Below are positions 26,361 to 35,667 of a DNA stretch of 64,000 nucleotides, in pieces. The position numbers and the translations under genes were made by a program. Under the pieces are notes generated by a model that was not told the DNA's origin, did not search any database, and saw only the letters and a list, made by a program, of their open reading frames with translations. Position 1 is the first letter of the stretch. The number at the start of each line of letters is the position of its first letter. Source of the DNA: Gemmatimonadaceae bacterium (GTDB lineage: Bacteria > Gemmatimonadota > Gemmatimonadetes > Gemmatimonadales > Gemmatimonadaceae). The stretch lies in the NCBI GenBank assembly GCA_035493635.1, contig DATJHY010000085.1, forward strand, positions 16,348 through 80,347, written 5' to 3'.

Positions 26361-28448
26361 GTGACGGCTCGCGCGCAGCCGCAGCGGCTCTACCTCGACA
26401 CGCCGGTCACCTACCTCAAGGGCGTTGGACCGGCCCGTGCCGAGGCCCTCCGTCGCCTGGGCATCGTGACTGCCGGCGATCTGCTGTTCCACGTGCCGCA
26501 TCGGTACGAAGACGCGAGCACCGTCACGCCGATCCGGTCGCTGGAGCCGGGAATGCACGGCACCGTGATCGGCACCGTCATTTCCAAAGGCGTGATTCCC
26601 ACGCGCAAGGGATTGCGGATCTTCCAGGCGGTCCTGCGCGACGACACTGGAATGATAGAAGTCTCATGGCCCGGCCAGCCGTTCCTCGACCGGTCGATCG
26701 ACAAGGGTGACGTACTGCTGGTGACGGGGAACGTCCGGTTCTTCCACGGCCGACAGCTCCAGCCACGCGAGTTCGTCAATCTCGGCGACGACGAAGGCGC
26801 CACAGCGCAAGGGCGCGTGCTCGCCGTCTATCCCGCCACCGAAGGGCTGTCGTTCAAGCAAATCCGCTCGATCATCGACGCCCACCTCGACGCGCTCCTG
26901 CCGCTCGTCAGCGAGTATCTCCCGGCCGAGATCCTGCGCGTGGCCGGCGTACCGGGTATCGGAGCGGCGCTCCGCATGGTCCATCGACCGTCGTCGATCG
27001 CCGAAGCCATGGAAGGCCGAGCGCGGCTGGCGTTCGAGGAACTGTTCTTCGTCCAGCTGTTGCACCAGCGCGCCAAGGACCTGGCGCGCGAGCATCGTCG
27101 CGGGATTCACTTCGAGAACAAGCGCGAGCTCACGACGCGGCTGCGCGAATCCCTCCCGTTCCAGCTCACGGCGGCGCAAGTGCGGTCGATCCGCGAGATC
27201 TTCGCGGACATGTGCAGCGACCGCCGCATGCAGCGACTTCTGCAAGGCGACGTCGGAAGCGGCAAAACGATCGTCGCCCTGTTCGCCGCGCTGCTGGCGA
27301 TCGAGAACGACTACCAGTCGGCGATCATGGCGCCCACCGAACTGCTCGCCGAGCAGCACGCCGTCACGATCACGCGACTCGTCTCTCCGCTCGGCATCGA
27401 GCCGATCCTGCTCACCGGCAGCCTCTCGGCGCGCCAGCGCAAGGAGGTCGCCAATCGGTTGGCCGGCTACGAGCCCACGCTGGTCATCGGCACGCACGCC
27501 CTGGTGCAGGAAGCGACAGTTTTTGGACGACTCGGCTTCGCCGCGATCGACGAGCAGCACCGATTCGGCGTCGAGCAGCGCAAGGCGCTCGGCGCCAAAG
27601 GTGAAGCGCCCGACGTGCTGCTCATGTCAGCGACGCCGATTCCTCGCTCGCTCGCGCTGACGCTGTACGGCGATCTCGATCTCAGCATGCTCGACGAGCG
27701 GCCCCCCGGTCGCCACCCGATCGCGACGGCGCTTCGTCGCGAATCGGCGCGCGATCGCGTGCTCCAGTTCATCGACCGGCAGGTGGAGCAGGGCCGGCAG
27801 GCGTACGTCGTGTATCCCGTGATCGAGGAATCGGAGAAGACCGATCTCAAGGCGGCGACCACGATGTACGACACGCTCGCCGCGGGCCCCTTCGCGGCGC
27901 GGCGCGTCGCGCTGATGCACGGCCGCATGCCGAGCGACGAGCGGGACGAGGTCATGCGCCGTTTCCGCGACGGGCAAATCGACGTGCTCGTCGCCACGAC
28001 CGTGATCGAGGTCGGGATCGACGTGCCCAATGCCACGGTGATGCTGATCGAACACCCGGAGAGATTCGGCTTGTCACAGCTTCACCAATTGCGTGGACGC
28101 GTCGGCCGCGGCGCGGCCGAGTCGTACTGCATTCTGCTCGGTGACGTGAGCCCCGAAGCCGGCGAGCGACTGCAGGTGTTCGTGCGCACCGAGGATGGAT
28201 TCGAGATCGCGCGTGAGGATTTGCGCATGCGAGGCATGGGCGATCTGTTCGGGGAGCGGCAGAGTGGCGTGCCGACCTTCCGCATCGCCGATCCGCTCCG
28301 CGACGAGGCGCTCAACGATCGCGCGCGCGACGCGGCGGGAGCGCTGCTCACGCGCGATCCATCGCTGGATCGGCCGGAGCACGCCGAACTCCGGCGCGTT
28401 CTGGGCGGCCGCTACTCCAAATCGCTCGAGCTGTTCCGCGTCGGTTGA
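26361..28448 (+). CDS. recG: ATP-dependent DNA helicase RecG
   Basis: GTG start. A wedge/OB N-terminal region is followed by helicase motifs GDVGSGKT, DEQHRFG and TATPIPR-like SATPIPRS. The TRG-type C-terminus contains QLHQLRGRVGRG. Confidence 0.92.
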   Translation: MTARAQPQRLYLDTPVTYLKGVGPARAEALRRLGIVTAGDLLFHVPHRYEDASTVTPIRSLEPGMHGTVIGTVISKGVIPTRKGLRIFQAVLRDDTGMIEVSWPGQPFLDRSIDKGDVLLVTGNVRFFHGRQLQPREFVNLGDDEGATAQGRVLAVYPATEGLSFKQIRSIIDAHLDALLPLVSEYLPAEILRVAGVPGIGAALRMVHRPSSIAEAMEGRARLAFEELFFVQLLHQRAKDLAREHRRGIHFENKRELTTRLRESLPFQLTAAQVRSIREIFADMCSDRRMQRLLQGDVGSGKTIVALFAALLAIENDYQSAIMAPTELLAEQHAVTITRLVSPLGIEPILLTGSLSARQRKEVANRLAGYEPTLVIGTHALVQEATVFGRLGFAAIDEQHRFGVEQRKALGAKGEAPDVLLMSATPIPRSLALTLYGDLDLSMLDERPPGRHPIATALRRESARDRVLQFIDRQVEQGRQAYVVYPVIEESEKTDLKAATTMYDTLAAGPFAARRVALMHGRMPSDERDEVMRRFRDGQIDVLVATTVIEVGIDVPNATVMLIEHPERFGLSQLHQLRGRVGRGAAESYCILLGDVSPEAGERLQVFVRTEDGFEIAREDLRMRGMGDLFGERQSGVPTFRIADPLRDEALNDRARDAAGALLTRDPSLDRPEHAELRRVLGGRYSKSLELFRVG

Positions 28449-28469
28449 GCTGGCGAGCGGGCGCGGTAG

Positions 28470-29195
28470 TCAGGGCTTGCTCGGGGGTGGTTGCGCGAGT
28501 CGGCGCCGGATGCGCTCGAGCTCCGCGTTCGCTTTCGCCAACTCTTCTTTCAGCCGCTTGATCTCATCGGCGGCGGCCTGGGCGTCGGCGCTTGGCTTTG
28601 CGGGCTGCGTGGTCGGGTCGTTGCCGCCGACGCGCGCCGACGGGACCGCGCTCGCGTCCTTGTTCTGCTGCGTGAGCGCGTTGCCGGCGAGTCGGTTGAG
28701 TCGATCCAGCTCGCCGGCGATGCGCCGAAGCGTGCGCGCCTCGGCGGTGTGCTCGTGCACGCGGGTGTCGGCGAGGTAGCCATCGAGCGACGCCATCGCC
28801 ACCTCGATCGACAGGTCACGATTTCCTGGATCCAGCCGGTACACGGAGCGCCAGTAGTCAGTCTCCAGCGCCTGGGAGCTCCCGGGGTAGCGGGTCGCGA
28901 ACGCTGCGAGCGTGCTGTCGGCCGCCGCGAACTCGCCTCGCGCGGCAAACCCCTGGGCGCTGGCGAGCGTTGGTCGCCAGGCGCGCTCCGCCGACGGTGG
29001 TCCGGGTGGCGAGGTGTGCAGGCGCGTGCAGGATGCCAGCACCATGAACAGCCCACCCGCCGCGCGCCCGAGGCGCGGTGCGGGGCGACTCGTCAGACGG
29101 GCGCCGCCACGACGCGCTGAACCGTCGGCCGTCGCGTGACGTGCGTCGGAAGCCGAATGGAGAACGTTGTGCCGACCCCAAGCGTGCTCTCGCAC
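28470..29195 (-). CDS. Hypothetical lipoprotein with C-terminal coiled coil (start uncertain: GTG 29195 or ATG 29045)
   Basis: Has a lipobox-like GGLFMVLASC, a TPR-like middle, and a C-terminal EIKRLKEELAKANAELERIRRRL. The only canonical start upstream of the lipobox is GTG 29195, which lies 103 nt inside the kinase gene. Confidence 0.5.
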   Translation of the reverse strand: MREHAWGRHNVLHSASDARHATADGSARRGGARLTSRPAPRLGRAAGGLFMVLASCTRLHTSPPGPPSAERAWRPTLASAQGFAARGEFAAADSTLAAFATRYPGSSQALETDYWRSVYRLDPGNRDLSIEVAMASLDGYLADTRVHEHTAEARTLRRIAGELDRLNRLAGNALTQQNKDASAVPSARVGGNDPTTQPAKPSADAQAAADEIKRLKEELAKANAELERIRRRLAQPPPSKP

Positions 29196-30595
29196 GAAAT
29201 CGTGCCTCCGTGAGCCTCGACGATCTGCTTGGCAATGGCAAGTCCCAAGCCCGAGCCAGCGGCCCGAGCGGCCCGCTGATTGTCGGCTTGGTAGAACTTG
29301 TCAAAGATACGCGGGAGCTGTTCGGGTGGAATTCCCGCGCCCGTATCGCAGACCTTCATGAGCACGGAATCGTCGACCGTCTCCAGGGTGAGCGAGACCA
29401 CGCCACCGTGGGGCGTGAATTTGAACGCGTTCGACAGCAGGTTGCCGACGACCTCGTTGACGCGGTCAACGTCCCAGTGGACCTCCTCGGGGAGGCCGGA
29501 ACTGCGCTCGACGCGGAACCGGATCTCGCGCTGCACGGCGAGGACGTGGAACGCATTCTCGAGATCCGTCAACATCTGCTCGAGCGGCACGGTCCGCGGT
29601 TCGAGCCTGCCGCCGCCGGCCTCGAAGCGGCTCACGTCGAGCAGTTGCCGTACGAGCCGGGACAGCGTATGCGCCTGGACATTGAGTGTTCTGAGCACAT
29701 CGCGCTTTGCCGGATCGAGCGGCCCGTACACGCCCTCCTCGAGCAGCTGCAGGTACCCGATCATCACGTTGATCGGAGTCTTGAGCTCGTGCGAGGCGAC
29801 CGACACGAATTCGGCCTTGAGCTTGTCGAGCTCCGAGAGCTGGCGCGTCATCTCCTGGAAGCTGTTCGCCAGCTGTCCGAACTCGTCGTCACGGTCGGCG
29901 GGGATCTTGAGCCGGTACGTGAGATCCCCGTCGGCCACGGCGCGCATTCCGTGTCGCAAATCGATGATCGGTGCGCTGATCGTCCGCGTGAGCCAGAACG
30001 CGATGATGCCGGCGGTGACGAGGGCGAGGATCAGCGCCACGATCGACGAGACTTTCGTGTTCGTGATGTTCTCCGACTCCGACTCGAGACGCTTGGTGGT
30101 TTGTCCGAGCACGTAGCTCTCCGCGTCGTGCGCGGCGCTGTCCGCGCGTGCGATTGCCGGCGCGAAGACCTTCTGGGAAAGGCTGTCCGCCGTGGACGTG
30201 TCGGGCTTGGCCAGCTGCGTGACGTGGTACTCGGCCTTGGCCGCGGCGGCGGCATCGGCCATCGCACGCGCCACGTGGTTGGGGTAGTCCCGCAGGTCGT
30301 ACGTCCGGAGGGTGTCGACCAGAGCGTCGACGTGCGCGATGCCCTGGTTCATTCGCTCCATCGCCGTCACGGCGGCCGTGTCCTTGGCGAACAGCAGCGA
30401 CAGCTCGTCGCGACGCAGGTCGTTCAAGCCATCCCGAAGCCGGCCAATCAGCAGCGACGCACGGAACTCATGATCGCGCAACTGCGTCGCGTCGTCGTGC
30501 AGGTTGTTCAGCGACTGAATGGCAAAGACCAGCGGCGCGACCAGAATGATCGCGATGGTGACCAGCCCGACCGCGAGCCTCGATCGTAAGGTCAT
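29093..30595 (-). CDS. Sensor histidine kinase (two TM, HAMP, HisKA, HATPase_c)
   Basis: Has TM helices at the N-terminus and at VSSIVALILALVTAGIIAFWL. The H-box is VASHELKTPINVM, and N and G boxes are present (LLSNAFKFTP, DTGAGIP, GSGLGLAIAKQIVEAHGG). No response regulator gene is adjacent. Confidence 0.88.
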   Translation of the reverse strand: MTLRSRLAVGLVTIAIILVAPLVFAIQSLNNLHDDATQLRDHEFRASLLIGRLRDGLNDLRRDELSLLFAKDTAAVTAMERMNQGIAHVDALVDTLRTYDLRDYPNHVARAMADAAAAAKAEYHVTQLAKPDTSTADSLSQKVFAPAIARADSAAHDAESYVLGQTTKRLESESENITNTKVSSIVALILALVTAGIIAFWLTRTISAPIIDLRHGMRAVADGDLTYRLKIPADRDDEFGQLANSFQEMTRQLSELDKLKAEFVSVASHELKTPINVMIGYLQLLEEGVYGPLDPAKRDVLRTLNVQAHTLSRLVRQLLDVSRFEAGGGRLEPRTVPLEQMLTDLENAFHVLAVQREIRFRVERSSGLPEEVHWDVDRVNEVVGNLLSNAFKFTPHGGVVSLTLETVDDSVLMKVCDTGAGIPPEQLPRIFDKFYQADNQRAARAAGSGLGLAIAKQIVEAHGGTISCESTLGVGTTFSIRLPTHVTRRPTVQRVVAAPV

Positions 30596-30737
30596 TGAGG
30601 ATGGGCGAACAGTCCTGGTGGATGAATCATCATTGCAAGGAAAACGCCGAACTCACGAGGGCGCCGGCAAGGGGTACCACCCCGACCAACGCCCATATAG
30701 CCTTCGTCCGCCCGCCATGCCCTTTAGCTTGTCTTCC

Positions 30738-32039
30738 ATGCCCGATCCCACGCCGCGTATCGCCGAGCTTTCATCCCACGTTGGACAGACCGTCACCATT
30801 CGCGGATGGGTCACCCATGTCCGATCCTCCGGCAAGGTGGCCTTCGCCGTCGTGCGCGACGGTACCGGCACCGTACAGTGCGTCTTCGTGAAGACACACG
30901 TCCCGCCCGAGGTGTGGGAGCGCTTCAAAGAACTTACTCTCGAAACCTCGGTTCATGTGACCGGCGAAGTTCGCGCCGAGCCCAGAGCACCCGGCGGTCA
31001 CGAACTCGGTGTGACCGGGCTCACAGTGATCGGCACCAGCCCGCTCGACTACCCGATTCAGCCGAAGGAACACGGGATCGATTTCCTGCTCGATCACCGG
31101 CAATTCTGGCTGCGCAGCAACCGTGTCCGCGCGATCTTCACCATTCGAAACGAGATCGAGCAGGCCATTCACGATTTCTTTTACGAGCGCGGCTTTCTGC
31201 GCGTTGACACGCCGATCCTCACGGCGGCGATCGGCGAACGCAGCGGACTGTTCGAGACGGAATACTTCGACGAAGGCAAGGCGTACCTCGCGCAGACCGG
31301 TCAGCTGTACGGCGAGGCTGCAGCCGCGGCGTTCGGCAGGATCTACACCTTCGGGCCGACCTTTCGCGCCGAGAAATCCAAGACGCGACGCCACCTCACC
31401 GAGTTCTGGATGGTCGAGCCGGAAGTGGCGTGGAACGACTCGGCCGACAACATGCGCCTGCAGGAGGATTTTGTATCCTACATCGTGCAGCGGTGTCTGG
31501 ATCGGCGCGCCGCGGAGCTCCAGGAGCTCGAACGCGACACCGCGCCCCTCGCCCGCGTGCAGCCGCCCTTCCATCGCGTGGAATACAGCGACGCCGTCGC
31601 GATTCTGCAACGGAAGGGAAGCGCGGTCACGTGGGGCGATGACCTCGGAGCGGAAGACGAAACGCTGCTCGTGGCCGACTTCGACCGGCCGGTGTTCGTG
31701 ATGAACTATCCGAAGGAAGCGAAGGCGTTCTACATGAAGGAGAATCCCGAGGACCCCCGCACCGTGTTGTGCGACGACTGCCTGGCGCCCGAGGGCTACG
31801 GTGAGATCATCGGCGGCTCGCAACGCGAAGACGATTACGACAAGCTGCTGCGCCGGATCCACGAGGAGAATCTCCCCGTCGACGCCTACGGCTGGTACCT
31901 CGACCTTCGGAAGTATGGAACGTTCGTGCACGCCGGTTTCGGGCTGGGCGTCGAGCGCACGGTGGCCTGGATTTGCGGCTTGCAGCACATTCGCGAAGTG
32001 ATCGCTTTTCCGCGAATGATGCACCGCCTGCATCCGTGA
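30738..32039 (+). CDS. asnS: Asparagine--tRNA ligase
   Basis: ATG 30738, with ATG 30717 as an alternative. It has an OB-fold N-terminus (VTIRGWVTHVRSSGKVAFAVVRDG). The class II motif FRAEKSKTRRHLTEFWMVEPE is typical of AsnRS rather than AspRS. Confidence 0.9.
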   Translation: MPDPTPRIAELSSHVGQTVTIRGWVTHVRSSGKVAFAVVRDGTGTVQCVFVKTHVPPEVWERFKELTLETSVHVTGEVRAEPRAPGGHELGVTGLTVIGTSPLDYPIQPKEHGIDFLLDHRQFWLRSNRVRAIFTIRNEIEQAIHDFFYERGFLRVDTPILTAAIGERSGLFETEYFDEGKAYLAQTGQLYGEAAAAAFGRIYTFGPTFRAEKSKTRRHLTEFWMVEPEVAWNDSADNMRLQEDFVSYIVQRCLDRRAAELQELERDTAPLARVQPPFHRVEYSDAVAILQRKGSAVTWGDDLGAEDETLLVADFDRPVFVMNYPKEAKAFYMKENPEDPRTVLCDDCLAPEGYGEIIGGSQREDDYDKLLRRIHEENLPVDAYGWYLDLRKYGTFVHAGFGLGVERTVAWICGLQHIREVIAFPRMMHRLHP

Positions 32040-32054
32040 CGCGCAATGATTTGG

Positions 32055-32110
32055 TTAAAAAGGGTCAGAGTCGAATTAGCGGTCGCTAATTCGACTCTGA
32101 CCCTTTTTAA
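32055..32110. terminator. Bidirectional intrinsic terminator (26-bp perfect palindrome flanked by A5/T5)
   Basis: The sequence is TTAAAAAGGGTCAGAGTCGAATTAGC-GGTC-GCTAATTCGACTCTGACCCTTTTTAA. Pairing 32055-32080 with 32085-32110 checked base by base shows no mismatch. It lies between convergent asnS and mazG. Confidence 0.75.
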
Positions 32111-32134
32111 GGTGCGCCAGTCGGCGCGGCTGCA

Positions 32135-32908
32135 TCACTCGCTCTCCTTCACCTCGTCCCAGATCGCGTCGAGTTGATCCAGCGAGGCCTCGCCAACCTT
32201 CAAGCCACGCTCCGTTGCCATGCGCTCAACGGCGCCGAAACGTCGCGCGAACTTGACGTTGGTCTTGTCGAGTGCCAATGCAGGGTGAACTCCAGCCTTG
32301 CGGCAGAGGTTCACGACCGCGAAAAGAAGATCTCCAAGCTCGCCCTCGAGGCGCGCATGCTGCTCGTCGTATCGCGGCGGCTCGTGCGCCTCGCGCGGCG
32401 GCCCGACTGCCAACTCGTCGCGAACCTCCTGCAATTCCTCTTCGACTTTCTGAATCGGCCCGTCCACGTCGGGCCAGTCGAAGCCGACGCCCGCCGCGCG
32501 ATCCTGCAATCGAAACGCGCGGTGCAGCGCGGGAAGGTCCGCCGGCAGCCCGTCGACGATGCTCGGCCGACGCTTGGCCTTCATCTGCTCCCACGGTTGC
32601 TTTTCGCCTTCGCCGTACAAGTGGGGATGCCGGGCCTTCATCTTGGCGATGAATCCGGTCGCGACATCGTGCATGTCGAAGGCCCCGCGCTCTTCAGCGA
32701 CCACCGTGTGAAAGAGAACTTGTAGCAGAAGGTCGCCCAGCTCCTCGCGAAGCTTCTGGTCGTCCGTTGCGCGAATCGCGTCGTCGACCTCATATGCTTC
32801 CTCGATCAAATACGGCCGGAGCGATTCGTGCGTCTGTGCGGCATCCCACTCGCAGCGCGCGCGCAGATCGCGCATGAGCGACAGCGTATCTTCAAGCGAC
32901 GATTTCAC
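32135..32908 (-). CDS. mazG: Nucleoside triphosphate pyrophosphohydrolase MazG
   Basis: 257 aa with two tandem MazG domains. The motifs are LIEEAYEVDDAI...LREELGDLLLQVLFH and EELQEVRDEL...LEGELGDLLFAVVNL. Confidence 0.88.
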   Translation of the reverse strand: MKSSLEDTLSLMRDLRARCEWDAAQTHESLRPYLIEEAYEVDDAIRATDDQKLREELGDLLLQVLFHTVVAEERGAFDMHDVATGFIAKMKARHPHLYGEGEKQPWEQMKAKRRPSIVDGLPADLPALHRAFRLQDRAAGVGFDWPDVDGPIQKVEEELQEVRDELAVGPPREAHEPPRYDEQHARLEGELGDLLFAVVNLCRKAGVHPALALDKTNVKFARRFGAVERMATERGLKVGEASLDQLDAIWDEVKESE

Positions 32909-32961
32909 TTGCCTTGCCTCCGCGGGTCCGGTATACTACCCGCCCTCAGAACTATGGGTCA

Positions 32962-34041
32962 ATGTACAGCTTGAACAGACGCGCCTGGGTCGACATCGAC
33001 TTGGGCGCGTTGTCACGAAATGCGGCGGCAGCCGCCGCGCACGCCGGCGTTCCGCTCCTGCCGATGGTCAAGGCTGACGCGTACGGGTTGGGGGCCGTCG
33101 CGGTCGCGCGCGCCTTGGACCGCCTCGAGCCGTGGGGTTTCGGCGTCGCGACCATCGCTGAGGGTGAGGAGCTTCGCCACGCCGCGATCACGCGCCCGAT
33201 CGTCGTCTTCACACCGCTGCTCGTGGGCGATTTCGACGCGGCCGCGCGCGCCGGCCTCACGCCGACGCTCGGTGATCGACGGGGGATCGAGCGGTGGAAG
33301 GAGACTGGCCTGCCATGGCATCTCGCGGTCGATACGGGAATGAGCCGCGCCGGCGTCCAGTGGAACGAGATCGGTTCGATCCTCGACCTCCTGTCGCCGG
33401 AGCCGCCGCAGGGCGTGTTCACGCATTTCCACTCGGCCGAGCTGCGCGACGGATCGCGTGATGTGCAGGAACAGCGCTTCGAGTCCGTGTTGTCCAAGCT
33501 CCCCGTGCGTCCGCCGATGGTCCACGCCGAGAACAGCCCGGCGCTACAGCATGGCGAGCGGTCGCGCTGGACCGTCGTGCGGCCGGGCATCTTTCTCTAT
33601 GGCGTCGGCAGCGGCACTGATCCGCGGATCGCCCCGGAGCCGGTGGTCTCGGTGCGCTGCAGAATCATCGACCTTCGTACGATCGAGCCTGGCGAGACGG
33701 TGAGCTACGGCGCGACTCACCGGGTGAGCAGCCGCCGGCGAATCGCGACCGTGGGCGTGGGGTATGCGGATGGCTACCGCCGAGTGCTGGGCAATCGGGC
33801 CAGTGCGCTGTTGCATGGGCGCCGTGCGCCCGTGGTCGGTGTGGTGACGATGGACATGACCATGCTCGATGTTTCGAGCGTGCAATGCGAGATCGGTGAT
33901 ATCGTGACGCTCATCGGCCGCGACGGCGACGACGCGATCGACGTGAGCGAGTTGGCCGCGGTCGGAGACATCAGTCCCTACGAGCTGCTCACCGGCCTGC
34001 GCGCACGCTTGCCGCGACGCTACATCGAGGCGGAGCCGTGA
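32962..34041 (+). CDS. alr: Alanine racemase
   Basis: Starts at ATG 32962 in ORF 32914..34041. It has AWVDIDLGALSRN, the PLP-lysine motif MVKADAYGLGA, and VSYG and GYADGY motifs. Confidence 0.9.
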   Translation: MYSLNRRAWVDIDLGALSRNAAAAAAHAGVPLLPMVKADAYGLGAVAVARALDRLEPWGFGVATIAEGEELRHAAITRPIVVFTPLLVGDFDAAARAGLTPTLGDRRGIERWKETGLPWHLAVDTGMSRAGVQWNEIGSILDLLSPEPPQGVFTHFHSAELRDGSRDVQEQRFESVLSKLPVRPPMVHAENSPALQHGERSRWTVVRPGIFLYGVGSGTDPRIAPEPVVSVRCRIIDLRTIEPGETVSYGATHRVSSRRRIATVGVGYADGYRRVLGNRASALLHGRRAPVVGVVTMDMTMLDVSSVQCEIGDIVTLIGRDGDDAIDVSELAAVGDISPYELLTGLRARLPRRYIEAEP

Positions 34042-35219
34042 GCCGCCGCGCCGCGATCATCGTGCTCGATGGTGTCGGTATCGGCGAAGCTCCGGATGCG
34101 GCGCGTTACGGCGACGTGGGCAGCGACACGCTGGGAAACATCGCCCGCACCATCGGCGGCCTCAGTCTGCCGAATCTCGAGCGCGCCGGGCTTGGCAACA
34201 TCGCTCCGCTTCAGGGCGTGGCGAAGACCGCCACGGCGGAGGCAGCGTGGGGACTGTCGACGCCCCGATCCGCCGGGAAAGACAGCACGGCCGGTCACTG
34301 GGAGATCGCGGGCATCCATCTGGAGCGACCGTTCCCCACATATCCCGATGGCTTTCCGCCAGAAATCGTCGCGGCGTTCGAGCGCGCGACGGGGCGGCGT
34401 GTCATCGGAAACGTCGCCGGCAGCGGCACCGCGGTCATCGACGCGTACGGTCCGGAGCAGGAACGACGCGGTGCCTGGATTCTCTACACGTCGGCCGACT
34501 CGGTCTTCCAGTTGGCGGCGAACGAGGCGGTCATCCCGCTCGATGAGCTCTACACGGCATGCTCGATCGCGCGGTCGATGCTCGTGGCGCCGCACGACGT
34601 GTCGCGGGTAATCGCACGGCCATTCATTGGCGAACCGGGTGCGTACGAGCGAACCAAGCATCGCCGGGACTACTCGATCGAGCCGCCCGCCGAGACATTG
34701 CTCGACGCCCTCGAGGCCGCCGGCATTCCGCGCGATGGGGTGGGGAAGGTCGACGACTTGTTCGCCGGCCGAGGGATTCGATCACGTCATACGGCCAGTA
34801 ACGCCGAAGGTATCGCCGCCATCGCGGAATGGCTGAGGAAAGCGCCTGAGGGGTTACTTTTCGCCAACTTGGTAGATTTCGACCAATCGTACGGGCACCG
34901 GAACGACGTTCCGGGGTTTTATGGGGCGCTGCGCGAGTTCGATGCGGCCCTGCCGCAACTGCTGGCTTTGCTTCGCGAGGACGATCTTCTGTTCATCACC
35001 GCCGACCACGGTAACGATCCGACAACCGAATCGACCGACCACGCGCGAGAGTGCGTGCCGTTGCTCGTGATGGGCCCAGCGATCGAGCCAGTCGCACTCG
35101 GTCGGCGCGACACGTTCTCCGATCTCGGTGCAACGGTCGCGGACTGGTTCGCGATCGGATTCCGCGGTCGCGGTACGTCGTTTCTCCCGCAGCTCGGCGC
35201 GCACGAGCATGGCGGTTGA
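34038..35219 (+). CDS. deoB: Phosphopentomutase
   Basis: Joined to alr by a GTGA overlap. It has IIVLDGVGIGEAPDA...GDVGSDTLGNI at the N-terminus, and DFDQSYGHRND and TADHGNDPT metal-site motifs. Confidence 0.9.
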   Translation: MSRRAAIIVLDGVGIGEAPDAARYGDVGSDTLGNIARTIGGLSLPNLERAGLGNIAPLQGVAKTATAEAAWGLSTPRSAGKDSTAGHWEIAGIHLERPFPTYPDGFPPEIVAAFERATGRRVIGNVAGSGTAVIDAYGPEQERRGAWILYTSADSVFQLAANEAVIPLDELYTACSIARSMLVAPHDVSRVIARPFIGEPGAYERTKHRRDYSIEPPAETLLDALEAAGIPRDGVGKVDDLFAGRGIRSRHTASNAEGIAAIAEWLRKAPEGLLFANLVDFDQSYGHRNDVPGFYGALREFDAALPQLLALLREDDLLFITADHGNDPTTESTDHARECVPLLVMGPAIEPVALGRRDTFSDLGATVADWFAIGFRGRGTSFLPQLGAHEHGG

Positions 35220-35652
35220 ACAACGGCCGGGGGTCGACCTGCCGGTCGAGGAACGGACGCTGACCCTCCTCCGTGAGCGCGCGTTGGCCGCAATGGAACG
35301 GGCGTACGCGCCGTACTCCAAGTTTCGGGTCGGCGCCGCATTGCTCGCCTCCGACGGCAGCATCAGCGAAGGCTGCAACGTCGAGAACGCGGCTTCACCG
35401 TCCGGGATCTGCGCCGAGCGGGCGGCGGTGGCGGCCGCGGTGACACGAGGCAATCGCAGCTTCGACGTCGTGCTGATCGCGACCGAAGCCGAGGAGCCGA
35501 CACCACCATGCGGCGTCTGCCGCCAGGTGTTACACGAATTCTCACCACGGATGCTGGTGATCGCCGCCACGCGCGATGGGCGCGAGGCCCGGTGGACGCT
35601 CGACGCATTGCTCCCCGAGGCGTTCACTGCCCAGTCACTGGACCGGCGATGA
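35209..35652 (+). CDS. cdd: Cytidine deaminase
   Basis: Starts at ATG 35209 in ORF 35128..35652. It has YAPYSKFRVGAA, the zinc motifs CAERAA and PCGVCRQ, and overlaps the deoB end by 11 nt. Confidence 0.88.
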   Translation: MAVEQRPGVDLPVEERTLTLLRERALAAMERAYAPYSKFRVGAALLASDGSISEGCNVENAASPSGICAERAAVAAAVTRGNRSFDVVLIATEAEEPTPPCGVCRQVLHEFSPRMLVIAATRDGREARWTLDALLPEAFTAQSLDRR

Positions 35653-35667
35653 CCCGGAGAACCCGTT

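Noticed and set aside
29078-30589. A 503-aa + strand ORF opposite the sensor histidine kinase.
   Set aside because: The minus-strand frame has TM helices, HAMP, an H-box and G-boxes. The + strand ORF has no recognisable features.
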